Source: Acidimicrobiaceae bacterium
Lineage (GTDB): Bacteria > Actinomycetota > Acidimicrobiia > Acidimicrobiales > RAAP-2
NCBI GenBank assembly: GCA_003152215.1
Contig: PLZP01000107.1
Coordinates: 75,395 to 139,394 of the forward strand
DNA length: 64,000 nt
Direction: 5' to 3'
The position numbers and the translations under genes are program-made. The notes under the pieces were generated by a model. That model had not been told where the DNA came from. It saw only the letters and a list, made by a program, of their open reading frames with translations, and searched no databases. Below are positions 48,034 to 57,767 of this stretch, piece by piece. Position 1 is the stretch's first letter, and each line of letters opens with the position of its first letter.

Positions 48034-49251
48034 TCACGTTGTTCGCGGAGTCGATTCGCCATCGGACAACGAGGTCCGGGGCGGGGAGAAGCGAAGTGCG
48101 CTCGAAAAAACTGCGAGACAGGCCAGGGCGAAGCCGCACAGCACGATCGGCACGACACGAATCCCAAACGAGGAGACCATGACACTCTCAATCGCCGGGC
48201 CGATGACCCCTCCGGCCATCATGCACAAGATGAGGAGTGCGACGCCATCACCATCGTGCGGTATCAGCGCGGTGTACCAAATCAGGCCCATCGGGTAGAC
48301 GAGAGCGAGGGCGAAGCCCACGAGTGGATAGAGGAAGGGTGCGGCGCCGGTCGCGTAGGCGCCGGCACAGAGCGCGGCGGCGAACGCGAGGCCTCCGAGT
48401 ACCAAACGTCGATCAGAGTGACGTCGCCCGACGGGACCGGCCAATACTCGTCCAATCGCGAGACCGAGCCAGAATCCAGCGGTGATGGCGCTCCCGAGAG
48501 AAGCCGAGAGACCACCACGATGCAACTGCGGTGCGATCCATCCGGCCGTCGTTGTCTCCGTCGCGACGTAGAGGATGTACGCCGCGATGAAGGTGCCAAG
48601 AATTCGGCGACGCCGTTCCGTGCTCACTCCGAGCGGGTCTCGCTGAGGTGCATCGCGCATCGGCGGCGCAATGATGCCGCTGTTGCCGAAGGTGAGCACG
48701 ACCGCCGACAGCGCGATGGCTCCCAGCAGGTAGCGATAGTTGTTCGGATGCACGAGGACAATCAGGAGTGGTCCGATTACTGCCCCCAGTCCGTAGCCGG
48801 CGTTGGACACACTGAGACGGCGAGCTCGCCCCTCCATGCGTGTTCGAACGAGCAAGGTTATGAGTGAGAAATCGACGCCCCCAAAGCCGACACCCATGAC
48901 GAAGATTGACGCCAGGAATACAAACCAGTCCGGCGAAAGTGCGGCCCCACAGGCACCGACAGCCATGGTGAGGAGCGTGATCGTCAAGACGATGTTGCCG
49001 GTCAGATGTTTGATGGTGTACCAGCCCAGGGGAACACCACAGAACGCGCCGACGAAGTACACGCTCAGCACGACGCCCGCGTCCGGGAGAGAAATATGGA
49101 ATCGCTGGGCGAACGTGACGAGGAGTGGACCGAACAAAGATGAGAGCATCCCGAAGACGATGAGGTCAGCCGTCGCGCTCGCCATCGCGAGTGGCCGGAA
49201 CGTTACGTCGGCGAGGTCGTTCTCCTGACCGGTATGTGAATCGAACGTCAC
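48034..49251 (-). CDS. MFS transporter
   Basis: About 12 hydrophobic segments; GYGLGAVIGPL and GLAIGRVLAG motifs. Confidence 0.82.
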   Translation of the reverse strand: MTFDSHTGQENDLADVTFRPLAMASATADLIVFGMLSSLFGPLLVTFAQRFHISLPDAGVVLSVYFVGAFCGVPLGWYTIKHLTGNIVLTITLLTMAVGACGAALSPDWFVFLASIFVMGVGFGGVDFSLITLLVRTRMEGRARRLSVSNAGYGLGAVIGPLLIVLVHPNNYRYLLGAIALSAVVLTFGNSGIIAPPMRDAPQRDPLGVSTERRRRILGTFIAAYILYVATETTTAGWIAPQLHRGGLSASLGSAITAGFWLGLAIGRVLAGPVGRRHSDRRLVLGGLAFAAALCAGAYATGAAPFLYPLVGFALALVYPMGLIWYTALIPHDGDGVALLILCMMAGGVIGPAIESVMVSSFGIRVVPIVLCGFALACLAVFSSALRFSPPRTSLSDGESTPRTT

Positions 49252-49287
49252 GAGCGTGCGCCCGTCAGTTCGCTGCCACGACGACGC

Positions 49288-51180
49288 TCACGCCGAGTCG
49301 GCGTCGCGCGAAGGAATCGTGGTTGTTGTGAGGTAGTCGCGCTGCACTTTGCGCTCCGTCTCGTAGCGCGTTAGCGCTTCGCGAGTGGTATTGCGTGACA
49401 CAACCTCTGCGACGGGGACGTCCCACCACGAACCGGAGTCCGGCGCCACGACCATCGGGTCGGTTTCAATCCGGATCACGGTCGTCGTCGTATTGGAGCG
49501 TGCTTGCGCGAGCGCGTCGCGTAACTCAACGATGTCTGCCGCGCGCAACACCGTGGCCCCGAGGCTGGCCGCGTTGGCCGCCAGGTCGACGGGAAGTTTC
49601 TCGCCCGCGAGATGACCACTGGCGTCGCGGAATCGGTAGTTCGTTCCGAAGCGCTCGACGCCGACCGACTCAGAGAGTGCGCCGATGGATTGGAAGCCGT
49701 GATTGACCACGAGGACGACGATGATCTTGATCCCCTCTTGGATCGCGGTCACGAGCTCTGAGTTCAGCATGAGATACGAGCCGTCACCGACCATCACGTA
49801 GACCTCGCGGTCTGGCGCGGCCATCTTGACACCGAGTCCGGCGGCGATTTCGTAACCCATGCAGGAGAATGCGTATTCGACGTGGTAGCTCTTGGGGTCC
49901 CTCGTTCGCCACAGTTTGTGGAGGTCGCCAGGCAGGCTGCCCGCCGCCGCGACGACGACGTCACGGTCGCCACTCGACGCTTCGACGGCACCGATGACTT
50001 CACTCTGGCCCGGTAGAGGACTGTGTCCCAGGGCGTAGGAGTCCTCGACCTTCTCGTTCCACTGGCGCGATAACTCGCGGCAGTGTCGTTCGAAGTCATC
50101 GTCCACGTGCCAGTCGGCGAGTTGCTCTCCGAGTTGCGCCAGTGCTTCGCGAGCGTCGGCCACAATCGGTGCACCAGAAAGCTTCGTCGTATCGAACGGC
50201 GTCACGTTGATGTTGACGATTCTCACCGAAGGGTTTTGGAACACGGAGTTCGACGCCGTCGTAAAGTCGCTCCATCGGGTGCCAATGCCGATAACAAGGT
50301 CCGCGTCGCGGGCCACTTCGTTGGCCGCGGTCGAGCCCGTGGCTCCAAGGGCTCCGAGGCTGGCCGGGTGGTCAAAACGAAGCGATCCCTTGCCCGCCTG
50401 CGTTTCAGCAACGGGTACCCCCGACGATGACACGAACGAGTCGAGCACGTCGGTGGCGTCGGCGTAGATCACGCCGCCACCGGCAACGATGAGCGGTCGT
50501 CTCGATTCGCGCAACAGCGTCGCAAGTCCGCCGATCAGTCGCGCCTCCGCCGGCGGACGTCGAATGGACCACACTCGCGGAGCGAAGAGCGCATCAGGAA
50601 AATCGAACGATTCGGTCTGGACGTCCTCGGGGAGTGCGAGTGTCACCGCGCCCGTCTCGGCGGGATCGGTGAGTACGCGCATCGCGTGCAGTAGGGCCTG
50701 GGGTAGTTGTTCGGGACGCCAAATACGGTCGAAGTACTTCGACACCGGGCGCAGGCAGTCATTCACCGACACGTCCATCGACGTCGCGTCTTCCAGTTCT
50801 TGAAGGACGGGATTGGCTCGTCGGGTAGCGAAGACATCTCCGGGCAAGAGGAGAACCGGAATGCGATTCGTTGTCGCAACCGCCGCGCCCGTCACCAGAT
50901 TCGTGGCACCAGGTCCGATCGAGGTCGTGCACGCAAACGCGCGCAGTCGATTCGACATCCGGGCGTAACCCACGGCGGTGTGCACCATTGCCTGCTCATT
51001 GCGCGCGAGATAATACGGGAACTCTTCACCGCTCTCGAGGAGCGCCTCGCCGAGCCCAGCGACGTTGCCGTGGCCAAAGATGCCAAAGCATCCCGCGAAG
51101 AAGCGATTGGTGTGACCGTCGCGTTCGACTGACTGCACCGAAAGGAATCGCACCAGCGCTTGAGCGACCGTCAGTCTCAT
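49288..51180 (-). CDS. iolD: 3D-(3,5/4)-trihydroxycyclohexane-1,2-dione acylhydrolase
   Basis: MRLTVAQALVRFL, IFGHGNVAG, RNEQAMVH, GSLPGDLHKLW, EYAFSCMGYE and WWDVPVAEV motifs. Confidence 0.95.
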   Translation of the reverse strand: MRLTVAQALVRFLSVQSVERDGHTNRFFAGCFGIFGHGNVAGLGEALLESGEEFPYYLARNEQAMVHTAVGYARMSNRLRAFACTTSIGPGATNLVTGAAVATTNRIPVLLLPGDVFATRRANPVLQELEDATSMDVSVNDCLRPVSKYFDRIWRPEQLPQALLHAMRVLTDPAETGAVTLALPEDVQTESFDFPDALFAPRVWSIRRPPAEARLIGGLATLLRESRRPLIVAGGGVIYADATDVLDSFVSSSGVPVAETQAGKGSLRFDHPASLGALGATGSTAANEVARDADLVIGIGTRWSDFTTASNSVFQNPSVRIVNINVTPFDTTKLSGAPIVADAREALAQLGEQLADWHVDDDFERHCRELSRQWNEKVEDSYALGHSPLPGQSEVIGAVEASSGDRDVVVAAAGSLPGDLHKLWRTRDPKSYHVEYAFSCMGYEIAAGLGVKMAAPDREVYVMVGDGSYLMLNSELVTAIQEGIKIIVVLVVNHGFQSIGALSESVGVERFGTNYRFRDASGHLAGEKLPVDLAANAASLGATVLRAADIVELRDALAQARSNTTTTVIRIETDPMVVAPDSGSWWDVPVAEVVSRNTTREALTRYETERKVQRDYLTTTTIPSRDADSA

Positions 51181-52067
51181 AGGACCCCTCGCGACGATGT
51201 CATGGGAAGACGAGGGTCGATCTCTTTGCCCCGCCATGATTCGCGCAGCCAGGCGTGGGTCGGGTCATCACAGAACGCCATCGTTCGTTCCTCGGCGGGA
51301 CCAGCGAGCACATTGAGAAAATACAGGTCGTAACCGGGCGAGGCCATGGTGGGCCCGTGATAGCCGTAGGGAATGAGAATCGCGTCGCCAGTTGCGACTT
51401 CGGCGAGCACGTCGATCTGTCGATCCGGGCCGGAACTGTACACGCGTTGGTAGGCACCCGGTCCCGGTTCGCCGCCCTGCGCGCCGCCGCGAACTTCGAA
51501 GTAGTAGATCTCTTCGAGTTGCGCCTCTCCCGGTCGGACCTCGTCATGCTTGTGCGGCGGATACGAAGCCCAGTTTCCTCCCGGCACGAGAATTTCGACT
51601 GCGACGAGACGATCAGTTTCGAATCCTTCGGGTGAGGCGAAGTTGATGCATTGGCGACTCGACGAACCTGCGCCACGTAGCTCGACGGGCACGTCGTCGG
51701 CGCGACCGTAGCGCGCGGGCAATACGTTGTGCGCGACAGCGCCCGCGAGCGCGAAGCGGCCACCGAGTTCACTGTGCACGCTCACGCTTGACGCAGGCGG
51801 TACGTACGCGAAATCGGAGACTCGCTCGAAGACGCTCGTGCGACCCTCGAGTTCGAAGCGTTCGTCACCGCAGCTGACAGTGCAACTGCCCGCGAGTGGG
51901 AGCACGATCCACTCGGAGTCATCAGTCGTCCAGTCAAACGTTGTGCCGGGCGCGAGCACGACGACGCGAAGTGAGCTGTAGGTCCAACCCGCGCTTGCGG
52001 GCGAGATGTCGACGGAGTAACCGTTCGCGTCAGGTTCGCGTGCGCGCAAATGCAACGATTGGGTCAT
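51177..52067 (-). CDS. iolB: 5-deoxy-glucuronate isomerase
   Basis: AGWTYSSL, GGNWASYPPHKHD, LEEIYY, GYHGP and YFLNVLAGP motifs. Confidence 0.93.
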   Translation of the reverse strand: MTQSLHLRAREPDANGYSVDISPASAGWTYSSLRVVVLAPGTTFDWTTDDSEWIVLPLAGSCTVSCGDERFELEGRTSVFERVSDFAYVPPASSVSVHSELGGRFALAGAVAHNVLPARYGRADDVPVELRGAGSSSRQCINFASPEGFETDRLVAVEILVPGGNWASYPPHKHDEVRPGEAQLEEIYYFEVRGGAQGGEPGPGAYQRVYSSGPDRQIDVLAEVATGDAILIPYGYHGPTMASPGYDLYFLNVLAGPAEERTMAFCDDPTHAWLRESWRGKEIDPRLPMTSSRGVL

Positions 52068-52936
52068 AGAAGACTGACGGCCGTCTTGACGGCCGTCGAG
52101 ACGTCGTCGTCCGGTGGATAGAGCAAGTTGCGTCCGACGACGAGACCGCGCACGCCCGGTAGGCGCAGCGTCTTCTCCCACTGCTCGAACATCTCGTCGG
52201 GTCGGTCACTTCGCGGTCCGCCGAGAAGAACGAGCGGCATGGTGGTCGCTTCGGCGACCCGCTCCATTTCGTCGACGACGGGGACCTTGAGCCACGTGTG
52301 CGACGATGTCGCACCGAGAGCGCTCGCGACGGCCATGGAGCGAATCACGCCGGCAGCCGTCAGGTCGTGCTGTATTCGTCCTTCTACGCGATGACTCATG
52401 AATGGTTCCAACATTGCGATTCGATCGGCCGCCGCGAGCTTCGTTACTGCCTTCGCGCAGGACTCCAGGGTGTTCGCTGTGCCCGCATCCTCAAGATTGA
52501 TGCGCAGCAACATCTTGCCGCCGTCGAGTCGTGACTCGACGATCGACTCGACCGTGTAACCCGTGAAGCGATCGTCCATTTCGAAGACCGCCCCCGGCAG
52601 ACCACCTCGGTTCATGGATCCAAAGACGTACTTCTGATCGAGTGCTCCGAGCAGCATGAGGTCCTCGATGATGTCGGGTGTTCCGAGCACACCATCGACA
52701 CCTGGAATGTCGAGGGCGGTGATGAGACGGTCCAGCAGCTCGTAGCGACTCGCCATCGCGATTTGATTGGTCCCGACGTCGAGCATTCCTCTCGCCGTGT
52801 GGTCGGCGGCAACGATTAGTAATCGACGCGTTTCCGTCGACGTCGATCGAAGTTCGCGGCGTTGCGCCGCCTCGGCGATGGCCTCCGGTCGAAGGAACCT
52901 CGTCTCCAGTAGCAGTTCTCGTTCTTTCTGATTCAC
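52064..52936 (-). CDS. Cgl0159-like class I aldolase (IolJ-equivalent, inferred)
   Basis: IVAADHTARG, GSMNRGGL..FEMDDRFTGY, TWLKVPV and LVVGRNLLYP motifs; sits between iolC and iolB. Confidence 0.85.
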   Translation of the reverse strand: MNQKERELLLETRFLRPEAIAEAAQRRELRSTSTETRRLLIVAADHTARGMLDVGTNQIAMASRYELLDRLITALDIPGVDGVLGTPDIIEDLMLLGALDQKYVFGSMNRGGLPGAVFEMDDRFTGYTVESIVESRLDGGKMLLRINLEDAGTANTLESCAKAVTKLAAADRIAMLEPFMSHRVEGRIQHDLTAAGVIRSMAVASALGATSSHTWLKVPVVDEMERVAEATTMPLVLLGGPRSDRPDEMFEQWEKTLRLPGVRGLVVGRNLLYPPDDDVSTAVKTAVSLL

Positions 52937-53880
52937 ACTCGTTCCCCCTCTAGCACTTTTCGTACTTCATCTTCAGTTGGCATTGCTTCAGAACAGGCGA
53001 GCCGTGATGCCACGATTGCACCGGCCGCACTCGCGAAATGAATCGTCTCGTCGAGCGGCCATCCAGAGAGCACACCATGACAGAGCGCTCCGCCGAAGGC
53101 ATCGCCGGCGCCCAGTCCGTTGACGACCTCGATCTCGATGGGCGAGACCTCAACACGCTCGCTCTTGGTCTTGGCGAGTACGCCATCTGGTCCCAGCTTG
53201 ACGATGACCAGTTCCTGACCGAGCTCCAAGAGACGATCGGCCGCCACGTCGGGGTCTTGGCTATCGACAGCGACCTCGACTTCACTCAGATTGCCCACGG
53301 CGATCGTCGTGAACGCCAGTGCGTCACGCGTGGCACTTCTGGCATCTTCTCTCGACGTCCAAAAGGAGGGACGAAAGTCGAGGTCGAGAACGGTTGGATG
53401 CATTCGGTTCCGCGCTTCGAGGGCCACCATTGTGGCCGAGCGACTTGGCTCCATGGAGAGTCCGCTCACCGTCGCCCAGAACAGGCGAGCGAGCGCAATT
53501 TCCGTGAGATCAAGTTCTGATGGATAGATCTCGAGGTCGGGTGCCTTGGGCGCTCGGTAGAAGTAAATAGGGAAGTGGTCGGGTGGGAACGTTTCACAAA
53601 ATGTGACCGGTGTCTGGAATCCAGCGCAGTCCGACACGAAGCGATCGTCGACCCCGAATCCCTGCAGCGCGGCGTGGACGTACGCGCCAAAGGGGTCCGG
53701 ACCGGTGCGACTGATGAGTGCGGTGCGCTGACCAAGCCGGGCAGCGGCGACCGCCACGTTGGTGGGGCTCCCTCCGAGGAATTTGTCAAAATGCTTGACG
53801 TCGACCAGACTGCCGTGTTGCGTTGGGTAGAAATCGACGCCGACGCGACCAATGGTGATGACGTCAAACGGCTCGTTCAC
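52933..53880 (-). CDS. iolC: 5-dehydro-2-deoxygluconokinase
   Basis: ITIGRVGVDFYP, LGGSPTNVAVAAARLG, FYRAPKAPDL and GLGAGDAFGG motifs. Confidence 0.94.
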   Translation of the reverse strand: MNEPFDVITIGRVGVDFYPTQHGSLVDVKHFDKFLGGSPTNVAVAAARLGQRTALISRTGPDPFGAYVHAALQGFGVDDRFVSDCAGFQTPVTFCETFPPDHFPIYFYRAPKAPDLEIYPSELDLTEIALARLFWATVSGLSMEPSRSATMVALEARNRMHPTVLDLDFRPSFWTSREDARSATRDALAFTTIAVGNLSEVEVAVDSQDPDVAADRLLELGQELVIVKLGPDGVLAKTKSERVEVSPIEIEVVNGLGAGDAFGGALCHGVLSGWPLDETIHFASAAGAIVASRLACSEAMPTEDEVRKVLEGERV

Positions 53881-54045
53881 GACCGATCCTCTGCCCTGCA
53901 ATGGGCTCCTTGGGCACGGCACCGACTCGAGTGAGATGACATGTCGGGGGCGAACTTACCCAAAAGCGTTTCCGGTCCGCGCGGGACTCCGATCGGCGTG
54001 GACCGATCGGATCGCAATGTGCCCAATTTCGACAAAACTGGCATA

Positions 54046-54055
54046 TGTCAGGACA
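54046..54055. promoter_or_regulatory. candidate IolR box TGTCAGGACA
   Basis: Reverse complement TGTCCTGACA fits the Corynebacterium IolR consensus KGWCHTRACA as I recall it; lies between iolC and the regulator. Confidence 0.6.
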
Positions 54056-54116
54056 ATAGCAGTACCGACGTGTTTGCGATATAGACTTTTGTTAGGTCGC
54101 CTGACAAAGGATTGGA

Positions 54117-54896
54117 ATGGCTCGCCAAGAAGTGCTGGCTTACAACCCGTTGAAGACGATGGTGCTCGACCGTGACAGCCCGGTACCCCTGTACTTCCAA
54201 TTGGCCCAACACTTTGAGAACGAGATCAAAGCTGGGAGTCTCGTCTCGGGCGACCGACTCGAGAATGAAGTGAAGATCGCCGAGGACCTGGGACTTTCGC
54301 GTCCCACCGTGAGAGCCGCATTTGGCTATCTGGTCGACAAGGGCCTCGTGCTTCGTCGCCGGGGTCAAGGGACCATCGTCACGAAGGGCAAAGTAAGCCG
54401 TTCGGTGAAACTCACGAGCCTCTTCGATGACTTGGCGAAGTCCGGAAAGACTCCCACGACGAAGGTGCTTCACAACGAAGTGATGAAGGCATCGGACCTG
54501 GTAAAGAGTGCTTTAGGGCTGGACGACAACCAACTGGTCATCTACCTCGAACGGCTCAGATTCGGCGAGGGGGAACCGATCGCCCTGATGCACAACTACC
54601 TCCCGATCACGTTGGTGACGATGAGCAGTGAGATGCTCGAACAACATGGTTTTTATGAGATCCTGCGCGCGAGCGGCGTCTTCCCGGACCACGCAACGCA
54701 GCGCATTTCGGCGAAGAACGCCTCGACGGTGGAAGCGAACTTTCTCAATGAACCGCGTGGGACTGCACTTTTGACAATGGAGCGAACGACGTATGACGCC
54801 TCGGGGAGGGCGATTGAATTCGCCCAACACGTCTATCGGGCGGCGCGCTATTCCCTGGTGACTTCGGTGAACATCGGCGACGCCTCCGCCGATTAA
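54117..54896 (+). CDS. GntR/HutC-family inositol regulator (IolR-like)
   Basis: LDRDSPVPLYFQLA..GDRLENE..LSRPTVR..RRGQGT and UTRA domain; divergent from iolC. Confidence 0.88.
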   Translation: MARQEVLAYNPLKTMVLDRDSPVPLYFQLAQHFENEIKAGSLVSGDRLENEVKIAEDLGLSRPTVRAAFGYLVDKGLVLRRRGQGTIVTKGKVSRSVKLTSLFDDLAKSGKTPTTKVLHNEVMKASDLVKSALGLDDNQLVIYLERLRFGEGEPIALMHNYLPITLVTMSSEMLEQHGFYEILRASGVFPDHATQRISAKNASTVEANFLNEPRGTALLTMERTTYDASGRAIEFAQHVYRAARYSLVTSVNIGDASAD

Positions 54897-54922
54897 CGGC
54901 TCACTACATTTGATAGTAGTTA

Positions 54923-54951
54923 TTGACAAGCATTTGGATATGCACTACGGT
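54923..54951 (+). promoter_or_regulatory. sigma70-type promoter TTGACA-17-TACGGT for the inositol ABC operon
   Basis: Direct reading of the sequence. Confidence 0.65.
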
Positions 54952-55134
54952 CGCTCGCAGAGCAGCCTTACAAAGGCTGGTCGGCGACTTCGCATTTGTC
55001 GCGGGAAGTGCGTATTTTACGACTACAGGGCAGCTTGCTTGGAGGGCAGTGGAAACACTGGGGGGAACGAGAGCGTGCGGACGTAGGACGTCGTGTCGCT
55101 GCGCGCCCCGCGACGGTGTCGTGAGGACCTGCGC

Positions 55135-56301
55135 GTGAACGAGATTCGTTTTGATCACGTGTGGAAACTCTTCGAGGGCAACGCGGTTGTCTCCGACCTC
55201 AATCTTGAGATTCCCTGTGGTGAGTTCCTCGTCCTCGTTGGCCCGTCGGGTTGCGGCAAGACGACCTCGCTGCGTATGCTCGCCGGCCTCGAACGTCCGA
55301 GTCACGGCCGTATCTGGATTGGCGACAAGGACGTCACGGACGTGCCCACGGGCCAACGCGACTTCTCGATGGTGTTCCAGAGTTACGCGCTCTATCCGAA
55401 TATGACCGTCTACAAGAATCTGGCCTTTGGTCCAAAGGTGCGTAAGGAGCCTCGCGACACGCTTCGTCAGCGAATCCTCGACGTGGCCGACCTCCTCGAA
55501 ATTCGCCACCTGCTCGATCGGGCACCGGCTGCACTCTCGGGCGGGCAGCGCCAGCGAGTCGCGCTGGGTCGCGCCCTCATACGTGAACCAGAAGTCTTCT
55601 TGATGGACGAGCCACTCTCCAACCTCGACGCCGCGCTTCGCGTTCAAATGCGCGCGGAGTTGATTCGACTCCACCAGCGGCTCGAAGACACGACCACGGT
55701 CTACGTCACGCACGACCAGGTCGAGGCGCTGACTATGGGCGACCGGGTGGCGGTCTTGAAAGACGGCGTCCTTCTTCAGGTTGACTCCGCCAATGATCTC
55801 TATGAAAATCCCGGTTCGGTCTTCGTGGGCGAGTTCATTGGCTCGCCAAAGATGAACATCGTGCCCGGCACGCTGCACGTCAGCGACGGTTCGATCGTGA
55901 TCGAGTGCTTGGGTGTTCGCACGGACGTGACGTTTGAGCTCGCGGGGCGACTTGGTCCTTCGGCGACCAATGGCCCGGTACTCATAGGGATTCGTCCCCA
56001 CGATCTGCATCTGGCGGGAGAAACGGCCACGGACGGTCCGAAGGTCAAGGTGGTGGTGGACATCTGCGAGCACACGGGGACCGAGATTTTCGCGACCGTC
56101 GATCTCGACGGGCAGCGCTTGATTGCGCGCCTCCCTCGTTCGCCCGTCCCTCTGGCCGGGCAGTCGCTCGAACTGACATTCAACAAAGATCGTCTCCACC
56201 TCTTTGACGTCGAGTCACGACTGAGTTTGATGGTCCGTCAGCCCGAACGTGAGCACGTCACCGTCACCACCGAGTCCTCCAGTGAACAGCCAACTTTGTA
56301 A
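55135..56301 (+). CDS. CUT1 sugar ABC ATP-binding protein (MalK/MsiK-like)
   Basis: GPSGCGKTT, VFQSYALYP, LSGGQRQR, MDEPLSNLDA and FIGSPKMN motifs. Confidence 0.9.
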   Translation: MNEIRFDHVWKLFEGNAVVSDLNLEIPCGEFLVLVGPSGCGKTTSLRMLAGLERPSHGRIWIGDKDVTDVPTGQRDFSMVFQSYALYPNMTVYKNLAFGPKVRKEPRDTLRQRILDVADLLEIRHLLDRAPAALSGGQRQRVALGRALIREPEVFLMDEPLSNLDAALRVQMRAELIRLHQRLEDTTTVYVTHDQVEALTMGDRVAVLKDGVLLQVDSANDLYENPGSVFVGEFIGSPKMNIVPGTLHVSDGSIVIECLGVRTDVTFELAGRLGPSATNGPVLIGIRPHDLHLAGETATDGPKVKVVVDICEHTGTEIFATVDLDGQRLIARLPRSPVPLAGQSLELTFNKDRLHLFDVESRLSLMVRQPEREHVTVTTESSSEQPTL

Positions 56302-56331
56302 CAGTCAATGAAAGGAAATGAGGGGAAACAA

Positions 56332-57726
56332 ATGAAAGTAATGCTTAGAGGTGCAATACCGAGATTGATCGCCGGCACGGCCATCATTGCTTTGTCGACC
56401 GCGAGCCTCGCAACGGGTGTCGCATCGCAAGCGGGTGCGTCGTCGAAGGTAACGATCTCGGTGGCGTACGCAGCCAACACCACGTTCGACACCACTCCGT
56501 TGGGTCTGACCTGGTGGACGCAGGTGAAGAAAGAGTTTGAGAAGCAGTATCCGAATGTCACCGTGAATCTTGACGCGGTCCCGGGTGGTGAGCCGGACTT
56601 CTTGACGAAGTTGGCGTTGCTCTACCACTCGACGTCAACTGCTCCCACGCTGGCCCAGTTCCCGTCGACCGAGATTGCGTTGTACCAGTCGACTGGCTAC
56701 TTGGCGAACATGAACAAGTACCTGGCGACGACGTCGTGGTTCAAGGACTACCCGAAGGTCATTCAGAACGAGGGAAAGATCGGCGGCAAGATCTACGCCG
56801 TCAGCTCCGGTGAGAACAACGTTGGTCTGTACTACGACAAGGCGATTCTCCAGAAGGCGGGTATCGCCCTCCCCTGGCAGCCCAAGACCTGGAACGACAT
56901 CATCAGTGCGGCCAAGAAGATTAAGGCCGCTGAACCGAAGATCATTCCACTCTGGGTGGACGCGGGCACAAGTGCCGGTCCCAATGGCGCCGGCTACGGC
57001 ATCTTGAACCTGTTGGCGGGCTCGAGCACGCCAACCATTGAGACGTCCAGCGGCAAGATGGTGGTCTCCAGCAAGGGCCTGACCGAGACACTGGACTTCT
57101 TCCACACCGTCTTCTCCGAGGGACTCGGTGCACCGACGTCACAGCTGTTCAGCCCGAACAACGCTCCTAACATTCCCTCGACCGATTTCTTCAAGGGCAC
57201 GCTGGGCATTGCGGTCGGCGCAAACTTCCTCGGCGGCAACTGGACCAAGCAGGTCAGCTTCCCGTATTGGGCCAAGGCGTCAAGCGCCATGGGCGTCGCG
57301 GGACTTCCCAAGATCCATGGTGGTGGTTACGCCTCCACGTTGAGTGGCTGGGACTATGGAATGTCCTCGACCGCGTCGCCAGCACAGCTGACGGCAGCGG
57401 GTGAGTTCATGAACGTGGCACAGGAGCAGACCAACCTGATCGAGGCCGGCAACTGGGCTGGATGGGTGCCGCCGGTGCAGTCCGACTGGACCGTGCCGCT
57501 GTACACCAACTTCGCCGCCCCCTTCAACGAAGAGTTCGGCAAGTTGCTCCCGTCCTCCTCCGAGCTCCCGTCCAACGCGAACTACAACGTGTGGGTGCAG
57601 GGCATCGAACAGGCGAGTGGTGACATTGCGCTGAAGCCCAGCACCACGGGTGCTCAGGCGCTGGCGACGATGAAGGGTTACGTCACGAACCAGTTGGGTG
57701 CGAGCGCTGTTGTTTCGCTTCCGTAG
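56332..57726 (+). CDS. CUT1 sugar ABC substrate-binding protein
   Basis: Signal peptide; KKEFEKQYPNVTV, GLYYDKAILQKAGI..PKTWND and LSGW motifs. Confidence 0.85.
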   Translation: MKVMLRGAIPRLIAGTAIIALSTASLATGVASQAGASSKVTISVAYAANTTFDTTPLGLTWWTQVKKEFEKQYPNVTVNLDAVPGGEPDFLTKLALLYHSTSTAPTLAQFPSTEIALYQSTGYLANMNKYLATTSWFKDYPKVIQNEGKIGGKIYAVSSGENNVGLYYDKAILQKAGIALPWQPKTWNDIISAAKKIKAAEPKIIPLWVDAGTSAGPNGAGYGILNLLAGSSTPTIETSSGKMVVSSKGLTETLDFFHTVFSEGLGAPTSQLFSPNNAPNIPSTDFFKGTLGIAVGANFLGGNWTKQVSFPYWAKASSAMGVAGLPKIHGGGYASTLSGWDYGMSSTASPAQLTAAGEFMNVAQEQTNLIEAGNWAGWVPPVQSDWTVPLYTNFAAPFNEEFGKLLPSSSELPSNANYNVWVQGIEQASGDIALKPSTTGAQALATMKGYVTNQLGASAVVSLP

Positions 57727-57767
57727 CAAAGAAAAGAACTAGGTAATCAACGAATGAGAAAGGTCCG

